A stretch of DNA of 64,000 nt from Candidatus Latescibacterota bacterium (GTDB lineage Bacteria > Latescibacterota > UBA2968). The stretch lies in NCBI GenBank assembly GCA_965116885.1, contig OZ220741.1, positions 4,320,001 through 4,384,000 on the forward strand, given 5' to 3'. Each line of letters begins with the position of its first letter. Position 1 is the first letter of the stretch. Both the position numbers and the translations under genes were made by a program. Positions 56,786 to 64,000 of the stretch are shown piece after piece. Below the pieces are notes generated by a model. The model saw only the letters and a list, made by a program, of their open reading frames with translations, was not told where the DNA came from and searched no databases.

Positions 56786-58702
56786 TTAGAGATCATTGCC
56801 CATCACCCAATCGTACATCTCCCCAGCCCGTTCGACAGCGAGATCTACATCTTCGCGCAACATCAACCGCTCCCCCACCAGTTCCCGAGCTGCTCGCGCC
56901 ACACAATCCAGATACGCTTCGCGGCTGCCATAGCGTTGGGCAATCGATAGTCGCGAATCACCCTCGCGCGCATCCTCATCGCGCGCAAATGGCACCCACA
57001 TCCCATCCAGGCCAACAAGCGCATCTGTCGCGCCGCGTTGTCGATACCGCCATCCCGTAAACGTACCCAGAGGTGCAACCACCTCTGGCATGCGAATACC
57101 CGCGACCTCATTGCCATCTACATCAACCTGGGGTACGCGCACCCCAAAAGGACGCCCTTTTTCAGGCGGCTCGAGATCGATAATCCCCTCGCCCCACCTA
57201 TCCCCCCAATTCAACCGCAAAGGTCTCCGCATGCGTCTGGGACTTCGCAAGTCGGGAATCGAGGGAAATTTCAAATCGTCCGCATCAACCAGCGAACCAT
57301 CCGCAATGCGGCCATACCTGCTCTCGGGAGGGACAACGCCCTCGCGCACCCAGCGGTCTAAGGCAACGAAAAGGGCGCGCTCTGCATAGCGAAAATTCAC
57401 GGGATTTGGAGGCACTGTTTGACGCGGCTTTTTGGGCACATCACCCGGACCGTGTTTTGTACTTGCAAAATGATAAACGCGGACCGAAGAATGGACCTCG
57501 ATATCCTCATGCCCGCTTACGTCCGTGTGAACCAAAGACGCGGCGCGATTCCAGTATTCGGTTGAAGTATTCGTATAAAAAATGCGAGGTGTCACCCCCG
57601 CGGCGTCACAGCGATTCAACAAACCGCCTTCTTCCCGCGTTTCCGTATCTATCTGCGGCAAATCTGTAAACGGAAACTGCTCCGTGGGATACAACGCATC
57701 AAAATGCGCGCTGGCATGCCGCGAAGGCTGTGCAAACCGATGGTTAAACGATCCCCGCGCGCCGCCTGCAACATTGGCAAATACCCCATCGAAAACCTTT
57801 CGCCCAGCTTCATCCCCATTAAAGCCCTCATACAACATGTGTCGCAAAAAACGCCCACTTTGCGACGACCCAAAAGCATACGCCCGCTCAATCGCATTGC
57901 CCAGTGGATTGCCATCCGTCCCGTACTTCAAAAACGACACAAAATCCCGGGTCGCGGCAAAACCCGTTCCCATCACAGTCGGATTTTTTCCCGTATAAAC
58001 CAGATTGTAAATGCGCCCCGGTTCAAATCCCTGTGGAAATCGGATCGCGGCGCGCCCATCTTCCAATCGATCAAACGCCCATTGATCGCGCCCAATTTCC
58101 TCGGCTTCATCATACGGATAAGCCCGCACAGTGAGCACCGCATCGCCATCTTCTACGGGTTCATAGGGATCGTGATAGCGACTCCCCAGAGAATGCAAAT
58201 CCGTCTCTGCATCCACCACAACCTCACACGACACAGGACCCGTAACATCAACCACTGGCGCGTCCAATGTCATCAAATTGGTAGCGCCTTCTGCTTCAGG
58301 CGGCACATCGGCCTGCCAACCACACGAGGCAATCGTATAACCCTGCCGCATCAAAAAACCATCGCCAAAATGTGCGGCAGTCTCGGGCATATTTGATCCC
58401 TGCGCCAGATTAAACATAGGCAAAATATTTTTGCGCCCGCGATTGACCACATTGTAAAACACCGTGCCATTGCCCCGAGCGACATCAACCGGCTTGAGCA
58501 AATGCACATCGGCTCGAAAAATCACCCGCCCACTCTCGTCAACGGTCGCGAGATTTAAATCGACAATCGCCTCGTTTTGCTTGTGGTTGGGATCAAGCGC
58601 GAACCACGCACTACCACACAGCGCTTCATAAGCACCCACAGCACCGTATGACTTGCCATCGAGCACAGTTTCCCGAGAAGTAATTTCCAATTGCGTGAGC
58701 AT
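56786..58702 (-). CDS. Alpha/beta hydrolase domain protein (uncharacterised family)
   Basis: GWQAD, ATRDFVSFL, GSSQSGRFLR nucleophile elbow, EYW, VDVDGNE. Confidence 0.8.
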   Translation of the reverse strand: MLTQLEITSRETVLDGKSYGAVGAYEALCGSAWFALDPNHKQNEAIVDLNLATVDESGRVIFRADVHLLKPVDVARGNGTVFYNVVNRGRKNILPMFNLAQGSNMPETAAHFGDGFLMRQGYTIASCGWQADVPPEAEGATNLMTLDAPVVDVTGPVSCEVVVDAETDLHSLGSRYHDPYEPVEDGDAVLTVRAYPYDEAEEIGRDQWAFDRLEDGRAAIRFPQGFEPGRIYNLVYTGKNPTVMGTGFAATRDFVSFLKYGTDGNPLGNAIERAYAFGSSQSGRFLRHMLYEGFNGDEAGRKVFDGVFANVAGGARGSFNHRFAQPSRHASAHFDALYPTEQFPFTDLPQIDTETREEGGLLNRCDAAGVTPRIFYTNTSTEYWNRAASLVHTDVSGHEDIEVHSSVRVYHFASTKHGPGDVPKKPRQTVPPNPVNFRYAERALFVALDRWVREGVVPPESRYGRIADGSLVDADDLKFPSIPDLRSPRRMRRPLRLNWGDRWGEGIIDLEPPEKGRPFGVRVPQVDVDGNEVAGIRMPEVVAPLGTFTGWRYRQRGATDALVGLDGMWVPFARDEDAREGDSRLSIAQRYGSREAYLDCVARAARELVGERLMLREDVDLAVERAGEMYDWVMGNDL

Positions 58703-58753
58703 TAACCCGCTCCAATTCTCAATAATTCTCTACCCGTTCCGATACCCTACAAC

Positions 58754-59689
58754 CTAAAACGCGGTGAGATCAAAGGGATTGGACCACGCCTTGTCGCCAT
58801 TTGGTGCAATAATCTCAAAACGCACGTGTTTTGAACCAGGCCGCAGCGTAAATGTGGCGGTCTCAAACAGCTTACCACCCTCTTGGTATTCGGTACCCCT
58901 CGAATCTAATACCGCGGCAATGCGCTGTGCGGGTGAACATTTTACCGTGGCTTCAACCGCGCGGCCTTCCCCACCATGCAACTGAATATCAAAAATTTGT
59001 GGACCCGTTGACGCATAACCCGCGCCAGATTCCAGGGCTTCGACAATGGCTTTGGGAGACCGTTCCTTCACGCGCACCATAGTCCAACCCTGATACGTAT
59101 CGCGCTCTTCTGATTCAGCCGCGTGGGAATCGTCATTGCCCAGTGCCGGGAGCAATTGTCCCGACAAATCCATCCAATCGTCCCAATGCACAGAAGACTC
59201 ACCACGCCCGGCGCATCGACAGGTCGTATTAAAAACTTCTATTCCCGCCAGACCCGTCAGCGGCATTGTATCGCGCAAAATATTGATCCCGCTCCAGTGC
59301 GGATGTGCGAGCCAGATTGACCCCCCCTGTTTTTTTACTTCGTCAATCACATGTTGCGGGGGCATAGCTCGCGCATCCATATCCTCTGAAATATTGAGTG
59401 CTACAAAGTGATGGCGGTCGCCGCCAAAGGGATTGTCGGGATGCAATTCTGCACCCTGAATAAGCGTAAAATTTTCAGGACAGGTCAGTGTCTCGACAAA
59501 TGTGATATTGTTGTGATCTGATACACACAAATAATCGTAGCCCTGATTGACATACCCATCCACGCGTTCCTGGGGCGAAACCTTCCCATCCGAATTTGTC
59601 GAATGGCTGTGCAAATTGCCCTTCAGCCACATATAACCATCGTCATCAGATAAAACGAACGGATTTACCAACCCATTTTTCTCGAGCAT
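58754..59689 (-). CDS. PHP-family (CehA/McbA-like) metallohydrolase
   Basis: KGNLHSHSTNSDG, SDHN, AHPHW, DDSH, AWSNP. Confidence 0.82.
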   Translation of the reverse strand: MLEKNGLVNPFVLSDDDGYMWLKGNLHSHSTNSDGKVSPQERVDGYVNQGYDYLCVSDHNNITFVETLTCPENFTLIQGAELHPDNPFGGDRHHFVALNISEDMDARAMPPQHVIDEVKKQGGSIWLAHPHWSGINILRDTMPLTGLAGIEVFNTTCRCAGRGESSVHWDDWMDLSGQLLPALGNDDSHAAESEERDTYQGWTMVRVKERSPKAIVEALESGAGYASTGPQIFDIQLHGGEGRAVEATVKCSPAQRIAAVLDSRGTEYQEGGKLFETATFTLRPGSKHVRFEIIAPNGDKAWSNPFDLTAF

Positions 59690-59713
59690 AACAAACTCCT
59701 CTGTGTTAATACA

Positions 59714-60847
59714 TCACCCTTGCCACCAGACCTTTCCATTGCGAACAGACGCACGGCAAACCAATCGCTGCTCCCCCATCAACACCTGCTGCATCGAATC
59801 GGTCAACTCGAATGTCCCCTTTTCCAATTCAAATACAGCGACATCACCCGCAGCACCAACCTTTAGATGTCCCAAATCATTCTCTCGGTCAATTACCTGT
59901 GCTGGTTCGATAGTTGAGCGTTGAATCACTTCCTCGAGCGACATGCCCAAATTTAGAAACTTGGACATCGTCGTCGGCAAATCGTACACGGGACCATCGA
60001 TATTATACGAATGAATATCACTGCTGATGGTATCGGGCGGAAAACCATCTTCCATCGCTGCGCGCCCCACATCGTAACTAAAACTGCCCAACCCGTGACC
60101 AATGTCAAAAATCACCCCGCGATCGCGCGCATCCCACGCCTCAGAAATCACCTTTCCTCGATTGTCAATAATCGACGCGGGCTGTGTACCGTGAAAACAA
60201 TGGGTCACAATATCGCCCGGGCGCAAAGGCTGAATCAGGTCACGCAAAGGCACATCGGCATTGCTGATATGCACCATCAAGGGTTTTTCGCACCGATTGG
60301 CGGCCTCCAGGGCAATTTGTAACAAATCGCGTATATCCGCATCACCGCCCACCCCTTTGTACAAACGCACCTTAACGCCCAGTGCTGTTTCTGGGTGATT
60401 CAAAACCACCTGCGCGCACTCACTGGCCGACACGTAGCCTTCATACACCATCTCGCCGCGCCGCCAGGGCAATCCAACACCCGACAGATTGACATAGGCC
60501 AAAATGCGCGTTGAAGACGGCTCGATCACATAGCGTTCCAATCCGCGATAATTAATCCATCCCGCCGTCCCCGTATCCACGCTCGTTGTCACACCCGTGC
60601 GCGGACACAAATCATCGGCCTCTATGCCAAAACTCGATACATCTTTGTACACATGGGTATGCAAATCAATCAGCCCCGGCATCACAAAACATCCGCTTGC
60701 ATCAATTACTGAATCAGCCCCACCCAAATCGCGCCCAATAGCTACCACCACGCCATCCTTCAACGCCACATCCAATGCGTCATGCACGCCATTGGCCGGG
60801 TCTATCACCGTCCCACCAGTTATCAACACATCGTATTGATCAGCCAT
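59714..60847 (-). CDS. Amidohydrolase/deacetylase family metallohydrolase (dihydroorotase-like)
   Basis: PGLIDLHTH, GVKVR, MVH, THCFHG, DIGHG, ISSDIH. Confidence 0.88.
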   Translation of the reverse strand: MADQYDVLITGGTVIDPANGVHDALDVALKDGVVVAIGRDLGGADSVIDASGCFVMPGLIDLHTHVYKDVSSFGIEADDLCPRTGVTTSVDTGTAGWINYRGLERYVIEPSSTRILAYVNLSGVGLPWRRGEMVYEGYVSASECAQVVLNHPETALGVKVRLYKGVGGDADIRDLLQIALEAANRCEKPLMVHISNADVPLRDLIQPLRPGDIVTHCFHGTQPASIIDNRGKVISEAWDARDRGVIFDIGHGLGSFSYDVGRAAMEDGFPPDTISSDIHSYNIDGPVYDLPTTMSKFLNLGMSLEEVIQRSTIEPAQVIDRENDLGHLKVGAAGDVAVFELEKGTFELTDSMQQVLMGEQRLVCRASVRNGKVWWQG

Positions 60848-60855
60848 ATCTGTCC

Positions 60856-61854
60856 TCATGATCGCTCTGCAATATACGTTTCCGCATCGATTTTTCCCGC
60901 GGCAATCAATTCGCGGAACAGTGCCACAGTTTCAGCCACGCCTTCTACCAGCGGCTTGTGCGCCACCGTGCCAATCGCAGCCTCTAATCCACTCCCATCG
61001 ACCTCTTGTGGAAATGGCAACTGGATATCTTCAAACGCGATCTTATCCGCCGCCTCGGGTGCTGCCCGATCAATCGCATCCTTCACATCCTGCATATCGG
61101 GAGTAAATCCCCCCAAATTAAATGCTCCGGCGCCCTCGTAATCAGCCCGTGCAGCCTGAATAAACGCGCGCGCCGTATCATCGGCATATTGAAAAACCGT
61201 GCGCCCACCATAAGAAATGTGATAGGGCAAGTTCGCCGCCGCCGCGAGCATGGCCGTCGTTGGCGTTGAAGTAATACCTTGATCGCGCCCCACCCCATAG
61301 ACCACATAAGGCCGAAAACCAATAGAAGACACCCCTTCATCGAGCCAATACACATGCGCGGTTCCCTCATTCGCCTGTTTGTACACGCCGTAATGCGTAT
61401 GGGGCATCAGCGAGGAATCATCTTGCATCACAGCACCGGGTTCGTAGTCTTCGGGCGCGCCAAAAACAGCAACAGAGCTTGCATAGACCACCTTGCCAAT
61501 GCGCTCTTGCCGGCGTTTCACAGCTTCAAAAACATTTGCGGTACCCACCACATTGACGCGCGCGCCAAGCGGAGGATCGGCTTTGCAAAACGGCACTTGA
61601 AGCCCAGCCAGATGAATGACACGCGTAATCTCATTATCGTCTAACGCCCGTTCAAAAGCGGGCAAATCCGCAATATCGCCTGCGACAAAATTTACCTGCG
61701 CCAGTTCGTCATCTGACAGCAACAATTGCAACCGCCGGGGCTTTGTCGCCAGATCAAATACCGTGACCGGCACCTCTTGGCGCACCAGATTGTGCACAGC
61801 CCATGCGCCAATACACCCCAATGCACCCGTAACTAAAAAACGCTCATCAGCCAT
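60856..61854 (-). CDS. NAD-dependent epimerase/dehydratase
   Basis: VTGALGCIG, IHLAG, YASS, YGVYK. Confidence 0.88.
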   Translation of the reverse strand: MADERFLVTGALGCIGAWAVHNLVRQEVPVTVFDLATKPRRLQLLLSDDELAQVNFVAGDIADLPAFERALDDNEITRVIHLAGLQVPFCKADPPLGARVNVVGTANVFEAVKRRQERIGKVVYASSVAVFGAPEDYEPGAVMQDDSSLMPHTHYGVYKQANEGTAHVYWLDEGVSSIGFRPYVVYGVGRDQGITSTPTTAMLAAAANLPYHISYGGRTVFQYADDTARAFIQAARADYEGAGAFNLGGFTPDMQDVKDAIDRAAPEAADKIAFEDIQLPFPQEVDGSGLEAAIGTVAHKPLVEGVAETVALFRELIAAGKIDAETYIAERS

Positions 61855-61864
61855 AATTCCCTCT

Positions 61865-61903
61865 AAAAAAATCCGCTGGTATGCACAATCACCAACGGAT
61901 TTT
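61865..61903 (-). terminator. Putative terminator after the transporter gene
   Basis: AAAATCCG-c-TGGT...ACCA-a-CGGATTTT stem with a T-run on the minus strand. Confidence 0.6.
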
Positions 61904-61928
61904 CGTCATGAAAATAAACCCTTTGCGA

Positions 61929-64000
61929 TTAGAATAACAAGACCGATACCGACTTCTGGATCATGGCAATGGACACCGATGCCATGCCCACGAGGGCCAT
62001 ACCCACGGAAAAGCCGACCATCAATACCGCTGCATAAATGCGCCATTGTTGCTTGCCAAAACGCTTCCAAAAATAGTAGCGAGCAATCAGCGCGCCAATG
62101 ATCTCAGTGATCATAAAATGCGGAATACTGGTCAAACTACGTATATAACCAAAGATGAGCAAAATGGGCAACCCAAACAGGGACAAAACAATGAAGAACA
62201 CAAGCCCAATGGCAAATCCGGTACCAATAACCCAGGGTTTCAGAGCCTCGAACAAAATGGGCTTATCATCCGACGACTGTAAAAATGCCCCATCAAAAGA
62301 AGGCACCTGATCGATCTCGTATTGATAGAACAATTCTCGGTCCTGAGGATCCATCGCCCTGGAAATGACCATTTCTGGATTTGGAGTACGCAGGTGCGCG
62401 CCATCGTCCGCGCTGCGTATTTCTGGCGCAGAAGGCAATCCCTGAGCCAGAGCATCGGAAATATCGGGCGGAGCGCGACTCAGCGTTGAGGGCGAGTATG
62501 GCGGGGGTTGTTCAGCATCAAAATTGGTGTAAAAATAGGCAGTTTTAGACCACGGGCCATATCTGACCTGGTCTGGAGGCACACTCTCTGGATCATCAGG
62601 CGTTGCCCTTACCCGCCAGTACCACCACGCATTATTCGACAAATTCGCCGGCGTCCACGTTACAGTGTTCTCTTCAGAATAGTCAACTTCCCCGCGCATG
62701 GTACTGGTAATCCACACACACCGCTGGAGGGCGTTCAACGGCCAGAACAATTGCACATAAGGATACGCGTCAGAAGGAATGGGTGCGAGTTTCCAAATAT
62801 AGGACCAATACATAAAACTGGTTAGAAAAACCAGAGGCACCATAAAGATCTCGGCCTTCAAAATGCTCGTAAATTTGGTACCCGTCAACTCGATCTCTCT
62901 GAAACGCTGCGCCGCCGCGCCATAGTTGTCCAGACCAAAATCCACAAACCAGATCTCAATTCCCCGGAAACCACTCAAAAAAATGGTCGCTTGTTTAATG
63001 TACGGGATACTCACGTTTTGCCCCACCATACCGTCTAAACGGGCGTTGACAAATGAAATGAGGGGCGTGTACACAAATGCAAAGATAAAGAAAAAGATAA
63101 GCAGGGTGATGGTGACCAGTTGTGGAAAAAGAATTTTGGACAGAACAATGGTGTACAAACTCGCTATACAAAACAACACCACGCAAATCCAAATCCTGAA
63201 ATCACCCCGCCCGGGCGGCGTTTCCCACGATCCCTTCTCGGTCTTTTCAATCCGCGCGGTTCGCACCCCGCGCCACACCTGATAAAATCCGATAACAGTA
63301 ATGGCAAATGTAATGCCAATACCAAAGCTCATCCAGAAATCAATACCCGTCACAAAGTGCGTCTGGATAGTATCCATCCCCATAAACCAGTGCGGCATAA
63401 ATCCATAATGGTGTAAAATGGGGCTTGCAATTGTATGGATCACCACGCCTATAAAAGCCCCCATCACAGCCCAGAATGGGGCGAGGAAACCCGCAAAAAT
63501 GGGTCCCAGATGCAGGGTGAAGCCCAGCGGGGTAGCGGGCAAAAAATATCCTGTATATTGCGTGAAATCGACAAATGGAATCGGGATAAGCTGCACGGGT
63601 TGTTCCATAAACGCACCCGTAATAGCCGGCACAGCCACATAGACCATCCCCCACACCAGGCCAATCACCGCACCGACAGAAAACATGCGCCAGCGCCACG
63701 TAATATCCCCACTGCTTTCTTCTGCCAATGCCATAGCCCCCTGTGCCGCGATGGGAGCAAATGGAAAAGGCAATTTCTCGTAATCGGACGTGATGCGGAA
63801 CAGCACATAACTGGCGGAAAACCAGGCAATGCGCCCCATAATTGTGCCCAGTATCAGCAATGCAATGGGCCAAAACCAATCGGCGTGTAAAAACGTGCGC
63901 TCGATCAGCGCCTCGGAATTTGCCTTCGGCGCGAACCACCACAATTCGCCCAATGCCTTTTGTATGCCAAATTGCACGACTGCGGGCGACTGCACAAAAT
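61929..64000 (-). CDS. OPT-like (oligopeptide transporter superfamily) membrane protein with a soluble insert; 5' end lies beyond the window
   Basis: Frame open to the window edge; many TM helices; EKLPFP, PIPSDAYP motifs; hydrophilic insert of about 140 aa. Confidence 0.7.
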   Translation of the reverse strand, partial: FVQSPAVVQFGIQKALGELWWFAPKANSEALIERTFLHADWFWPIALLILGTIMGRIAWFSASYVLFRITSDYEKLPFPFAPIAAQGAMALAEESSGDITWRWRMFSVGAVIGLVWGMVYVAVPAITGAFMEQPVQLIPIPFVDFTQYTGYFLPATPLGFTLHLGPIFAGFLAPFWAVMGAFIGVVIHTIASPILHHYGFMPHWFMGMDTIQTHFVTGIDFWMSFGIGITFAITVIGFYQVWRGVRTARIEKTEKGSWETPPGRGDFRIWICVVLFCIASLYTIVLSKILFPQLVTITLLIFFFIFAFVYTPLISFVNARLDGMVGQNVSIPYIKQATIFLSGFRGIEIWFVDFGLDNYGAAAQRFREIELTGTKFTSILKAEIFMVPLVFLTSFMYWSYIWKLAPIPSDAYPYVQLFWPLNALQRCVWITSTMRGEVDYSEENTVTWTPANLSNNAWWYWRVRATPDDPESVPPDQVRYGPWSKTAYFYTNFDAEQPPPYSPSTLSRAPPDISDALAQGLPSAPEIRSADDGAHLRTPNPEMVISRAMDPQDRELFYQYEIDQVPSFDGAFLQSSDDKPILFEALKPWVIGTGFAIGLVFFIVLSLFGLPILLIFGYIRSLTSIPHFMITEIIGALIARYYFWKRFGKQQWRIYAAVLMVGFSVGMALVGMASVSIAMIQKSVSVLLF

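Noticed and set aside
1312..63942. Many 60-250 aa overlapping or antisense ORFs in the ORF track (e.g. 1963..2613, 7175..7870, 45346..46068, 50800..51558, 57704..58396)
   Set aside because: They are shadows of well-supported genes and lack recognisable motifs
1..64000. CRISPR array, tRNA (including selC), rRNA, IS/transposase, integrase, integron attC
   Set aside because: No regularly spaced repeats, cloverleaf or rRNA-like tracts, DDE or tyrosine-recombinase ORFs, or convincing attC folds were seen by eye; covariance searches were not run

Overview
Bacterial chromosomal window with a moderately GC-rich backbone and several AT-richer inserts. I found no rRNA, tRNA, CRISPR array, transposase or integrase. 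The backbone carries purine synthesis genes (partial purB, a large single-chain purL with plant/animal-type motifs), rmlC, futalosine-pathway menaquinone genes (mqnB, mqnD), dusB, larB, a dapF-like gene, a sigma-70 factor and a TPR/GWxTD protein. It also holds many catabolic enzymes (sulfatase, CocE/NonD hydrolase, heparinase II/III-like, two PhyH dioxygenases, Gfo/Idh/MocA, amidohydrolases) and many intact or decayed toxin-antitoxin modules. This mix resembles uncultured sponge-associated lineages such as Latescibacterota, Poribacteria or Gemmatimonadota (inference only). Best candidates for new biology: (1) a nitroreductase-dsrM-dsrK-cysteine desulfurase-dsrC operon with no dsrAB in the window (12.3-16.6 kb); (2) a hidden selenoprotein, a peroxiredoxin-like UxxC protein split by an in-frame TGA followed by a SECIS-like hairpin (28.1-28.7 kb); (3) a HEPN gene divergent from an HTH / ImmA-IrrE peptidase / PIN operon, with a -1 frame break between HTH and peptidase (47.5-50 kb); (4) an AT-rich tandem DUF262 (GmrSD-like) pair (52.4-56.5 kb); (5) a DapF homolog with both catalytic Cys replaced by Ser; (6) an OPT-like transporter carrying an apparently circularly permuted FN3-like insert. 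All family assignments come from motif recognition by eye, not from database searches.
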